A stretch of 64,000 bases of DNA from Candidatus Harrisonbacteria bacterium (lineage in GTDB: Bacteria > Patescibacteriota > Minisyncoccia > UBA6257 > 02-FULL-45-10c): assembly GCA_016214655.1 (NCBI GenBank), contig JACROC010000002.1:3801-67800 (forward strand), in the 5' to 3' direction. The notes beneath the pieces were generated by a model. The model was not told the origin of the DNA and searched no databases. It worked only from the letters and a program-made list of their open reading frames with translations. Both the position numbers and the translations under genes were made by a program. Below are positions 1 through 8,807 of this stretch, piece after piece (the stretch's first letter is position 1; each line of letters opens with the position of its first letter).

Positions 1-1326
1 TTGATTGCTTTTATTTTTATAGTCTTTTTCGTAATTCAGATTATCTCCCCGGCAATTGAAAATTTTGTCACCACTGATGCAGAACGGGAGGCGGTAGTTT
101 TCATCAATCGTTTTTTCCAATCCCAGATCAAACCGGTATATCTGATACCGCCTATTCTTAGCGAAGCAGAGAAAGCATTTACAAATTTTTTCCAATTGAT
201 TCCGGTGCGCGGATTCGTTGCCGGAACAATCATAAGCCGCGACAGCCATACTATCTATACTACCGGGCCCAGCACGGCTATGTGGCAACAAGAATATTCA
301 GATGATCCCAGATTTACCGGAGCGCTGGCATTAAAATCCAGCGCGTTTTTCCAGCCACTCACCGCCGCAGAGCAAGAAGAATTAGGCCTACAAGAAGGGT
401 TTGTGATGTATATTCCAATCACCATTCAAGGAGAGAAAGAAGTTGCGGCGGTAGTTAAAACTATTTCCCGCACCGGATTTGTACGCGAGGCAATCCAAAA
501 TACCGAAACCCAAATACGCTACCGGATTATTTTAAGCGCTACGCTCCTCTACTTTATCCTGGCAATTATTGTTTGGGGCGCATCAAGAACCATTGTCCGG
601 CAAACTAAGGAGCTGAAAATTTACGCTGACCGCCTGACAAAAAGCTTGGAAAAAGAAAAGGAGATTACGGAACTGCAAAGCCAATTTATCACCGTTGCCT
701 CCCATCAGCTGAATACTCCCCTTTCTGCCATAGGCTGGGCAGTTGATCTGCTGCATGAATCCATGGATAACCTGGAAAATGCCCGAGAGAGTATTGAACA
801 AAGCTTCTACAATCTCCGGTCTATTGTCTTTGATTTACTAACCGTCTCAGAAATCGGATTTAAATATGAAAAAAAGAGCGGAGTTGAATTTGATATAGCG
901 GAGCTAACGAAAGAAATTATAACTGAGTTTGAAAGCCGCATAAAAGAAAAGAAGATTAAGCTGGAATTACAAACTCTTGATTCGTTAATTATCAACGCAG
1001 ACAAGCGGGCTATTAAAAAAGTTCTGCAGAATCTGATTGATAATGCAATAATCTACAGCCACGAAACCGGAAATATTAAAATAGAACTTACCCAAAATGA
1101 TTCCGGAATAAATTGGATAATCAGCGACACCGGCATCGGCATACCAGCCGAAGACCAGCCTTCAATTTTCGGAAAAATTTTCCGAGCCAAAAATGCCGTA
1201 GAGAAAAAGAATGTGGGCAGCGGACTCGGACTTTTTATCGCCAAAACTATCGTGGAAGGCCACGGCGGAAAAATAAATTTTACTTCCGAGCAAAATAAAG
1301 GAACAACTTTTAAAATTTCTTTATAA
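1..1326 (+). CDS. Membrane sensor histidine kinase (may extend beyond the left edge)
   Basis: Two TM segments; H-box ASHQLNTPL, N-box NLIDNAIIYS, G1 DTGIGI, G2 GSGLGL. Confidence 0.93.
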   Translation: MIAFIFIVFFVIQIISPAIENFVTTDAEREAVVFINRFFQSQIKPVYLIPPILSEAEKAFTNFFQLIPVRGFVAGTIISRDSHTIYTTGPSTAMWQQEYSDDPRFTGALALKSSAFFQPLTAAEQEELGLQEGFVMYIPITIQGEKEVAAVVKTISRTGFVREAIQNTETQIRYRIILSATLLYFILAIIVWGASRTIVRQTKELKIYADRLTKSLEKEKEITELQSQFITVASHQLNTPLSAIGWAVDLLHESMDNLENARESIEQSFYNLRSIVFDLLTVSEIGFKYEKKSGVEFDIAELTKEIITEFESRIKEKKIKLELQTLDSLIINADKRAIKKVLQNLIDNAIIYSHETGNIKIELTQNDSGINWIISDTGIGIPAEDQPSIFGKIFRAKNAVEKKNVGSGLGLFIAKTIVEGHGGKINFTSEQNKGTTFKISL

Positions 1327-1338
1327 AAAATCCCCAAC

Positions 1339-1605
1339 TCAAAGGTTGGGGAGATTCGGCTGTTCAGCCGGCTTCACTCGTTTGTCAAAAATCACAGCCG
1401 CAGCCTTATCGCACATCATCTTAAATCGCTTCGGCGGTATATAATTATCAATCCGCTTTTCTGAGAGAAACATTCTATCATCCTTTCCGCGCATAAATAC
1501 CGCATCATGTAACAGCTCGCCGTTCTTTATATATTGAATCTGGACCCAGATAGCACGATTGCGGTCGTCCCGAAGCACCTCCACTACCTTTACGATCCGT
1601 TCCAT
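1339..1605 (-). CDS. Hypothetical protein, 88 aa
   Basis: ORF with G-rich SD and boxA-like GATCTTTGA leader; divergent from the ncRNA candidate. Confidence 0.6.
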   Translation of the reverse strand: MERIVKVVEVLRDDRNRAIWVQIQYIKNGELLHDAVFMRGKDDRMFLSEKRIDNYIPPKRFKMMCDKAAAVIFDKRVKPAEQPNLPNL

Positions 1606-1665
1606 TAGCCACCCCTACCCTCAAAGATCAGAAAGCTTTCAATATAATAGCATAGATCTTACTAC

Positions 1666-1694
1666 TTGACAAGCATATAGATACATGCTATATT
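1666..1694 (+). promoter_or_regulatory. Sigma70-type promoter for the ncRNA candidate
   Basis: TTGACA (1666-1671), 17 bp spacer, TG-n-TATATT (1689-1694). Confidence 0.8.
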
Positions 1695-1699
1695 AATTT

Positions 1700-2130
1700 G
1701 GTACCTTGAAGTTCTACGCCCCCTTTCCTCCTGGAAGCTGCAAGCAACCAGGAGGCCGCCAGCCGACGCACATTAACCGACGTACATTGGGCCTCGACCA
1801 AGGGAGGGGTTGTGCGAAAACTCCGTATAGGGCCTCACGGTAAATGCCCGAGGAGGGAACGCTCAAAACTGGCATATAACATGCCTAACATCCGTTATTG
1901 TTACCGGATGGCATGAGCGCCGTGAGGCCCGATTTTCCTGAATTCGGAGAGCGAACTACTGGTCTTGCGGGACCAGTAATCCGCTCCCCGGATGCCTCCC
2001 GAGGGAGGGAGTCCGTCGCCCCAACGCGCGATGGGCTATAAAGTAGTATGGCTGACGCCGCAGGCGAATGGCGAGCAGTCATCGTAGAAAGAGCACCCCA
2101 GGCGCAGAATGCAATCTGCGCCTGGGCCCG
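1700..2130 (+). ncRNA. Putative large structured ncRNA, family not recognised
   Basis: GC-rich island between promoter and terminator; nested helices 1712-1718/2083-2089, 1727-1734/1748-1755, 1830-1840/1920-1930, 1957-1964/1971-1978, 2010-2019/2028-2037, 2097-2108/2115-2126; no credible ORF. Confidence 0.65.
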
Positions 2131-2142
2131 ATCTCACCGTAA

Positions 2143-2175
2143 AGGCCACCTGAAAAGGTGGCCTGTTATTTTTTT
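2143..2175 (+). terminator. Intrinsic terminator
   Basis: AGGCCACCT-GAAA-AGGTGGCCT followed by a T-rich tract. Confidence 0.8.
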
Positions 2176-2222
2176 ATAAAAAGGTTTAATCTTTAATCAG
2201 AAACTTCAAATAATAACGGCAA

Positions 2223-2537
2223 ATGAAAAATAAAAGATTTACTGCCTCCCTACCATGTCCGCAATGCCATACTATCACCTCGCGCATTTCCGATTCATTT
2301 ATAAAACACCTCATTACCAGCGGAAAACAAATTTCCGAAAGACATAAAATGCCGGCTTATATTGAATTAGACTGGCTTGGCTGTACCAAAGAAAATTGCC
2401 AAAATTATTTTCCAAAATACCGAAGCATCAGCCGCTGTCCGGTATGCAAACTGTGGTCGCTGAGATTTTCCCTAAATGCCGGCATCAGAAAATGGAACTG
2501 CAAAAATCGTGATTGCGAATGGTCATTTAGCTACTGA
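2223..2537 (+). CDS. Cys-rich putative zinc-ribbon protein
   Basis: CPQC, CTKENC, CPVC, CKNRDC pairs; followed by a terminator hairpin. Confidence 0.6.
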   Translation: MKNKRFTASLPCPQCHTITSRISDSFIKHLITSGKQISERHKMPAYIELDWLGCTKENCQNYFPKYRSISRCPVCKLWSLRFSLNAGIRKWNCKNRDCEWSFSY

Positions 2538-2790
2538 TTCACACAAGCCGCTTATATAAAGGCGGTTTTTTTAATTTATGTAGATATGTAAGTTACATAT
2601 CCGGCGCTTTAACGAGTTAAAGCGCGCCGAATATAACAAATCATATGCATTTTATTTTGACCATGAGATAAAATAAACTATTTTCCTCACTACTACACCG
2701 CGGTGTGTACTATCACGCGAGATAACGCCATCCACGTAATTATCTATATAAAAACGCAATCCCCCACATAATTTATGTGGGGGATTAACG

Positions 2791-3137
2791 TGGTAACTAA
2801 TAAGCCGGATTCTGTCTCTGACGCGAAGTCAGAACGATGACAATTTATCTTGACCTTACATTACTGCAAGATTCTTTGCGGCATTCCAAGCACATAACAA
2901 GTTATATGCTCGGCACAGCCTTGCACCCGGTAAGGATTTAGCCGTTTCATTCCCGCTTTCTTATCTCTATAGCGAGATTAAGCCAACTACGTTGAGATCG
3001 GGCTTTCCTGATCCTTTCGAATCAAGACGTTTCTGTTCGCACCTCTAGGTTGCCCATGATGGCGGTTAGCCATTACTTGTTACTAAGTGTCCGGACTTTC
3101 CTCTCCGGCTTTCGCCGAAGCTGTCATCTAAGTTACC
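2791..3137 (-). ncRNA. rnpB: RNase P RNA
   Basis: Minus strand has GAGGAAAGTCCGG near the 5' end and ACAGAATCCGGCTTA near the 3' end; P1 GGTAACT/AGTTACC. Confidence 0.95.
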
Positions 3138-3170
3138 TATTATAATATAACCCAACTTCCTTCATTTTGC

Positions 3171-3210
3171 AACCCCAGGTATATTTGCTATAGCAAATAT
3201 ACCTGGGGTT
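3171..3210. repeat. Perfect 40-bp palindrome centred on TTGCTATAGCAA
   Basis: AACCCCAGGTATATTTGCTA|TAGCAAATATACCTGGGGTT. Confidence 0.9.
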
Positions 3211-3235
3211 GAATAGATTCGAAACTGACTTACCG

Positions 3236-3850
3236 TCAATGAAATCCTAAATCCGCCGGATTAACATCTCCGGAAATGTATTGTATCTTGCCGCCAAAAC
3301 TCTCAAATTCTTTTCTTAATTGTGCTACTTCTTCAGCCAAAGCAATAGTTTTCTTCGGCAAAAATTTTCGGTTCAGAATGCCCTTAGACCAAAAATCTAT
3401 TACGAGCTTGCTGTCGCCGAAAACATTTTTTACCCCGCCCTTCAATGCAAACCCTAATGCGTATTTCGCCGCTAAAAGCTCGCCGTAGTTATTAGTAACT
3501 TTTCCTTTTATAAGATGCTTGCCGTGTTTATTGATAAATTTCTTTTCTAATACATCTTTTAATAAATCATTACCGGCGCTATCCGTTATGCTTATTTCAA
3601 CCCCTTCTCCCCGCCCAGTTCCGGCGTCAAAATAGATTCCAGGAAATAATTTAGCTTTTACCTTTAAGCTTTTAGCTTTTAGTTCATAATTCGCTCCTGA
3701 CACAAGCCACGCCGCAGCTGCTTCTCTACTTTTAAAAGCCCGGTACCTTGCATCTTTCCCCTTCACGATTTTTTCGCAATCGCTCCAGCTTTCACAAATT
3801 CCCTGCTTATCTTTAGAAAAAAAATAGGCGTAATATTTTTCTGCTCTCAC
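3236..3850 (-). CDS. rnhA: Ribonuclease HI with N-terminal hybrid-binding (viroplasmin-like) domain
   Basis: GICESWSDCEKIVKG..ARYRAF N-domain; YFDAG, TNNYGEL, FGDS, NPAD catalytic motifs. Confidence 0.85.
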   Translation of the reverse strand: MRAEKYYAYFFSKDKQGICESWSDCEKIVKGKDARYRAFKSREAAAAWLVSGANYELKAKSLKVKAKLFPGIYFDAGTGRGEGVEISITDSAGNDLLKDVLEKKFINKHGKHLIKGKVTNNYGELLAAKYALGFALKGGVKNVFGDSKLVIDFWSKGILNRKFLPKKTIALAEEVAQLRKEFESFGGKIQYISGDVNPADLGFH

Positions 3851-3856
3851 GGTATT

Positions 3857-5035
3857 TTATTTTATTAGATTACTAAAATATTGCTCCATGGCCTTTTTAA
3901 ATTTTGATAGATTTCCTTTTTCAAGATAAAATCCCGCCGCCACCGGATGGCCTCCAAAGGAAACAAGAAGGTCTTTATAAAGACTCATCGCTTCTACCAC
4001 ATTAAGTCCCGACGGATATACAGCCCGGATATTGCCGCGAAAACCTTTCTTGAATTTCTTATATACAAAGATCGGAACTCGCAATTTTGAGCTCAATTTA
4101 TCGGCGGTCATACTTGAAGTACCAGACAACTTGGACCTATTCTCAAAAAAAACAACGCTTGGCTTATTTTCTTTTTTAAAAATCTCTGTACCGCCTATGA
4201 CATTATTTTTGATCGCCTCATTAAACTTCCGTAGATGATTCTTAATATCTTTTGCGAGCGCGGCGGCTTTCCTCGGATCTTTTGTAGTAAGAAGCTGAAA
4301 TAAATTATTATTCCGATTATCTCCATGAACAGCCGCCCTTAACACATAGTCATCTGACTCTCCCCAAAGCATCACTTTTTTATCAAGTTTTTTTGCCTTC
4401 GCTTCTTTTAGAAGCATGCGAACGCCTGGTCTCACCCGGCGATTTAAATAATCAACCCCCTTCTCCCAGTATTTTATATTACCCTCATCCGGCTCTATGC
4501 CATCCGCAGCCATCGCCATCGCAAATAAATCCAATGATAATTCTAATCTTTTCAAATCTAATCCTTGCATGCTGTAAAAAGATTCAAAAAATTTATAGGC
4601 AACTCCGGTTCCGCACCAATTTTTATAAGAAAAACGTTCACCTCTTTGTTTCGGATTTATAAGAATTGCCAGAAGTTTTCCAGGCTCACAGATATGATGA
4701 TCCAATAAAATGATGTCGAAGCCCATCTTTTTTGCCATAACTACCTGAGAAAAATCGCTGGAACCGAAGTCAACCCCTACAATTAAAGAAGCTTTTTTGC
4801 TTTTAAGCAGCCGCAGATGGAAAAGATTGAAACTCCGGTCATATTCTCTTTGATTCGGCAAAATAACCGTCAAATTATTTTTATCAAAATCGGCACCAAT
4901 CATAGCCTCATATATTAACGTCGCTCCTGGAATGCCGTCTGGATCATAATCGCCCCAAATGCCGATCTTCTCATTTTGTTTTTTAGCTAAAAGCAGCCGC
5001 TTAATAGCCTTATTGGTATTTTTGAAAGTTTCCAT
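3857..5035 (-). CDS. RecJ-like DHH/DHHA1 phosphoesterase
   Basis: GDYDPDG, LDHH and GGHPVAAG motifs; shorter than full RecJ. Confidence 0.85.
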   Translation of the reverse strand: METFKNTNKAIKRLLLAKKQNEKIGIWGDYDPDGIPGATLIYEAMIGADFDKNNLTVILPNQREYDRSFNLFHLRLLKSKKASLIVGVDFGSSDFSQVVMAKKMGFDIILLDHHICEPGKLLAILINPKQRGERFSYKNWCGTGVAYKFFESFYSMQGLDLKRLELSLDLFAMAMAADGIEPDEGNIKYWEKGVDYLNRRVRPGVRMLLKEAKAKKLDKKVMLWGESDDYVLRAAVHGDNRNNNLFQLLTTKDPRKAAALAKDIKNHLRKFNEAIKNNVIGGTEIFKKENKPSVVFFENRSKLSGTSSMTADKLSSKLRVPIFVYKKFKKGFRGNIRAVYPSGLNVVEAMSLYKDLLVSFGGHPVAAGFYLEKGNLSKFKKAMEQYFSNLIK

Positions 5036-5040
5036 AAAAT

Positions 5041-5109
5041 TTATTTTTCTAAGGCTTTAATGCCCGGCAATTCTTTGCCGGCAAAAAAATCCAGCATCGC
5101 GCCCCCCAC
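5041..5109 (-). pseudogene. Diverged duplicate of the pgk 3' end
   Basis: Reads VGGAMLDFFAGKELPGIKALEK-stop versus the pgk C-terminus GGGAMLDFLAGKVLPGIKALENHD. Confidence 0.8.
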
Positions 5110-5229
5110 CTCGCTCCATTTCGTGGAGTCTTTGGAACCCAGCGGTTCCGACGCTGCGCTGCCTCCGCAACGAGAAAACTATCGTTTTCCCGACCCCTTT
5201 CCACGGCGGCGGAGCTGAATCTTAATAAA

Positions 5230-6261
5230 TTAATCATGATTTTCTAATGCTTTTATACCGGGAAGAACTTTGCCAGCAAGGAAATCTAACATCGCTCCGC
5301 CGCCGGTAGAAATAAAATTAATTTTTTTATCCAATTTTAATTTTTTCAAGAACATCACCGTTTCCCCTCCGCCGACAACCTTAAAAGCTTTTTTATTTTT
5401 AACTACCGCCTGCGCAACCGCCTTGGTGCCATGGCTGAATTTATTCTTATTAATATCCCCCACGGGGCCGTTCCAAATAATAGTTTGTGCCTTGGCAATT
5501 TCTTTTTGGAAAAAATTAGCAGTCTTCCGGCCAATATCTTTGATTTCTCCATCATCTTTTTTAAAATCAACCGGCAAAATTATTTTTGGCGATTTCAGTT
5601 GATCTAAAATTTCCGACGTCAAAGCCCCGCCAACTAAAAAAGACACGGTGCGATCCTTGAGATTATCAATGACCTGCATCTTATCCTCAATTTTCAGACC
5701 TCCGAGAATTACCGCCAATGGCTGCTTCGGGGCAGTCATCACCCGCGATAAATTTTTAATCTCCGACTCCAAGCCAAAACCGGCGTAACTTTTTATATAT
5801 TTAGTGATGGCTACCACTGATGCATTGGCCCGATGAGAAACCGCAAAGGCGTCGTTGACATAAATATTCCCGATTGAAGCCAAGTGCTCTGCTAAAATCT
5901 CATTATTGTCCGCTTCTTCCTCCAGAAAACGCAGATTTTCTAATAGAAATACCGCGCCCCGCGGCGAAGCATGGACCAATTCTCTGATTTCCAAGAACCG
6001 GAAGTGCGGAACAAAAGTTACAGTCTTCCCTAATGCCTTACGAAGAATTTTAGTAATCGGTTTCAAGCTTAACGATCGGTCAAATCCTTCCGGCCTGCCT
6101 TTATGGCTCAAAATAACTACGGCTTTACAATTTTTTGCCAAAAACTTAAGGGTCGGCAAACCAGCATCTAGCCGCCAGTTATCTTCAGTATTAAAGTCCA
6201 GCCGCAAAAGGCAAACTTTATTTTTTAGTTCTTGCGGCTTGAGTTGGCTTAGATACCCCAT
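5230..6261 (-). CDS. pgk: Phosphoglycerate kinase (likely start MGYLSQ)
   Basis: RLDFN, SHKGRP, LLENLRF, NDAF, WNGP, GGGET, STGGGA motifs. Confidence 0.95.
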   Translation of the reverse strand: MGYLSQLKPQELKNKVCLLRLDFNTEDNWRLDAGLPTLKFLAKNCKAVVILSHKGRPEGFDRSLSLKPITKILRKALGKTVTFVPHFRFLEIRELVHASPRGAVFLLENLRFLEEEADNNEILAEHLASIGNIYVNDAFAVSHRANASVVAITKYIKSYAGFGLESEIKNLSRVMTAPKQPLAVILGGLKIEDKMQVIDNLKDRTVSFLVGGALTSEILDQLKSPKIILPVDFKKDDGEIKDIGRKTANFFQKEIAKAQTIIWNGPVGDINKNKFSHGTKAVAQAVVKNKKAFKVVGGGETVMFLKKLKLDKKINFISTGGGAMLDFLAGKVLPGIKALENHD

Positions 6262-6299
6262 GAAATGATTATATCTAAAAAAGACGTTATAATAAAATC

Positions 6300-7607
6300 G
6301 TGGCCAATAATACAAAAAAGAAAATCGTAATCCTGGGGGCGGGCTTTGGCGGTATTAAAGCCGCTTTTTCGCTCTGTAAAAACCTGGATAAACTTCTCCT
6401 TAACGATAAATATGAATTAATTTTAGTGGATAAAAATTCTTACCACACTTACACCCCCACTCTATACGAAGCTTCAACCACCTCTAAAACCCTGGCTAAT
6501 CAAATTGACCTTAAATCTATCATTACCTTTGATCTAAAAAAGATTTTTAAAAATAAAAATATTTCCCTGCTTCAAGAAACAGTAAACAATGTTGATTTAA
6601 TCGAAGGCGACATCCATTTTGATTCAGGCAAAAAATTAAAATTTGATTACCTGGTGCTGGCACTCGGATCTGAGACTAATTTCTTCGGCATTCCGGGCTT
6701 AGAGGAAAATTCGCTGACGCTTAAAACTTTTACCGATGCCATTAAAATCCGGGATGCGGTGTGGAGTAAATACGAGGAAATGGTAAATGCCGGAAAGAAA
6801 GAACTGGAAATCGTAATTGGCGGAGGCGGGTCCACCGGCATAGAACTGGCCGGAGAAATAAAATCTTGGCTTTGCCAGCTGGAAGAAGAATTTAAAAAAT
6901 GCCCGGCCTCAGTGAAAATTATTGAAGGGATGCCGAATGTTCTTCCGGGATTCGATGAAAAAGTAGTGCATAAAGTCACCAAGCGGCTGAGAAAAATCGG
7001 CGTGGAACTTTTATTAAATGAATTAATTGAAAAAGTTGATCCGGGAAAAACTGTCCTCAAAAGCGGCAGGATAGTAAAATTTGACCTTCTCATATGGAGC
7101 GGAGGAGTAAAAGCGATTTCTTTAATGGGCGCATTGCCACTTAAAAGAGAGGCTAAAGGACGCGTGCGAGTATTGGAAGAAATGGAATGCCTGCCGCAAA
7201 GCGAAGATTTGAAACTCTACGGAAAAATTTATGGCCTTGGAGATGCGATCTGTTTTTACAATCCGGAAACCAATAAGCCCATCCCCCTGGTCGCCGAAGC
7301 GGCTATCGATAGCGCAAAAATCATAGCTCATAATATTATTGAGGATATTAAAATTACCGAAAGTCTAAACGAAAAAGCTGATTATAAAAAATTTACGCCG
7401 AAAAGATACACTTATGTTATTTCGGTAGGAGGAAAATACGCAGTGGCTAAAATTGGGCCGCTGATAATCTCCGGGTTTGCCGGATGGGTACTGAAAGGTT
7501 TAGTTGAACTCTATTATTTGCTTTTTAACGTCTTGCCGCCATTTCAGGCAATTAAAGTCTGGCTGAAAGGATTGAGAATTTTTGTACAGAACGACCGGCT
7601 TGGTTAG
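6300..7607 (+). CDS. ndh: Type II NADH:quinone oxidoreductase (FAD-dependent)
   Basis: GAGFGG and GGGSTGIELAGE Rossmann motifs; LVLALGS; GD motif. Confidence 0.85.
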   Translation: MANNTKKKIVILGAGFGGIKAAFSLCKNLDKLLLNDKYELILVDKNSYHTYTPTLYEASTTSKTLANQIDLKSIITFDLKKIFKNKNISLLQETVNNVDLIEGDIHFDSGKKLKFDYLVLALGSETNFFGIPGLEENSLTLKTFTDAIKIRDAVWSKYEEMVNAGKKELEIVIGGGGSTGIELAGEIKSWLCQLEEEFKKCPASVKIIEGMPNVLPGFDEKVVHKVTKRLRKIGVELLLNELIEKVDPGKTVLKSGRIVKFDLLIWSGGVKAISLMGALPLKREAKGRVRVLEEMECLPQSEDLKLYGKIYGLGDAICFYNPETNKPIPLVAEAAIDSAKIIAHNIIEDIKITESLNEKADYKKFTPKRYTYVISVGGKYAVAKIGPLIISGFAGWVLKGLVELYYLLFNVLPPFQAIKVWLKGLRIFVQNDRLG

Positions 7608-7830
7608 AACCTATTTTTATAAAATAGGTTCTGATAAGAAAGACCCCCTTGCGGGGGTCAATCAAAGATCGTTGTGTCTTTTATTAATAAGACAGAGATC
7701 TAACTGTCGGCAAAAGGATTGAAAAATTTTCCCTGCCTTCGCGAATTCCGAATCGCTCGGCTCGCTTACTCTTAATATAACAAATTGTGAAAATGGCACA
7801 AAGAGAATGGCTGTGGATAACTTGACGCTC

Positions 7831-7972
7831 GCCATACCTATCTGCCTACCGGCACCGGCGTCGCTTCTTTCCAGCGAAGAAGCGCGCCTACGCCTCGCCA
7901 CGAAATTTTTTGCTTCGCAAAAAGCCAAGCATTTCGTGGCTCCGTAGTTGCCGCACGACAGATAGGTATGGC
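7831..7972 (-). repeat. Structured dispersed element, copy 1
   Basis: Closed by a perfect 14-bp stem 7831-7844/7959-7972; homologous to 16246-16399. Confidence 0.8.
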
Positions 7973-8150
7973 TCACTTATTTATAATAAAAAGCCCCGAG
8001 GGGGCTAAATTTTCTTGAAAGACAAATTAGCTTGTCAAACCGATTCCTTAACGCGTTAAAGCGTCGAATCAAAAATTTTTGACTTTTATAAGAAAGCCAT
8101 CTATTATTTTTCGTAGCTCTCCGAAAAAGCCGCCGTACGGAGGTCGAAAG

Positions 8151-8492
8151 ATGTGGACTATCGCTGAAACCTTAAACACGGTAAAAATTTCCGCAAAATG
8201 CGCAAGGGAGTTGTTTGAAGCCCAAGAAGATGGCGAGGAAATCTGGTACAGCCTGGAAAATGTAACCTACAAAGGAAAATTAACTTTCAATCCGGACCAT
8301 AATGAACATATGGATTTCTTGAGAAGAGATGATAAATATGTCAGCATCTTGCGAAGGCATAAAGTCAAAGGCGATATTTGCTTCGGCAGCCTGGATGGAG
8401 ACAATGCCGGAGAATTCTGGGGCTATCGCTTTGACGGCAAGGGTGGGATGAAAAGACTGACCGGCCGACTTGAATATCGGGAGAAAAAATAA
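8151..8492 (+). CDS. Hypothetical protein (likely start MWTIAE)
   Basis: TTGACT-17-TATTAT promoter at 8079-8107; GGAGG SD before ATG 8151. Confidence 0.7.
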   Translation: MWTIAETLNTVKISAKCARELFEAQEDGEEIWYSLENVTYKGKLTFNPDHNEHMDFLRRDDKYVSILRRHKVKGDICFGSLDGDNAGEFWGYRFDGKGGMKRLTGRLEYREKK

Positions 8493-8779
8493 TGACGCTT
8501 GTAATCTACCTCCGTGATCTCACCAAAAATGAAGCAAAATTCCTGGTTGAAGTAAAAAAAGAGTCTGATGAAGAATATCTAGAAGATGAACAAATCTCTG
8601 AAATGTTTAAGGAATTCGTCACAAAATCCAAAGCTAAACTACCATTAAAATCCAAAAAGGTAGATATCTGGATTGGCATGTGGATAAATGAAAGCCAGCT
8701 CACTATAAAATTTCCGCCGGAATTCATGGCACTTGTCAGCCAAAACGGCTGGCCAGTAACTTTTGACCTGAATGATTAA
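8492..8779 (+). CDS. Hypothetical protein
   Basis: Translationally coupled (TAATG) to the preceding ORF. Confidence 0.65.
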   Translation: MTLVIYLRDLTKNEAKFLVEVKKESDEEYLEDEQISEMFKEFVTKSKAKLPLKSKKVDIWIGMWINESQLTIKFPPEFMALVSQNGWPVTFDLND

Positions 8780-8807
8780 AAATCGCCTGTAAGGGCGAAT
8801 TTTTTAT

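Noticed and set aside
1885-2082. 65-aa minus-strand ORF, and similar ORFs at 5049-5237, 7662-7976 and 16218-16406
   Set aside because: They are incidental frames across GC-rich structured elements, with no SD or protein-like motifs.
7603-7633. GTTAGAACCTATTT after ndh as another cassette site
   Set aside because: It matches only the right arm and is part of a local palindrome (AGAACCTATTTT/AAAATAGGTTCT); the left arm would fall in ndh coding sequence.
7812-7820. Perfect DnaA box (TGTGGATAA) as oriC
   Set aside because: Only a single box was noticed, with no cluster and no dnaA/dnaN nearby.
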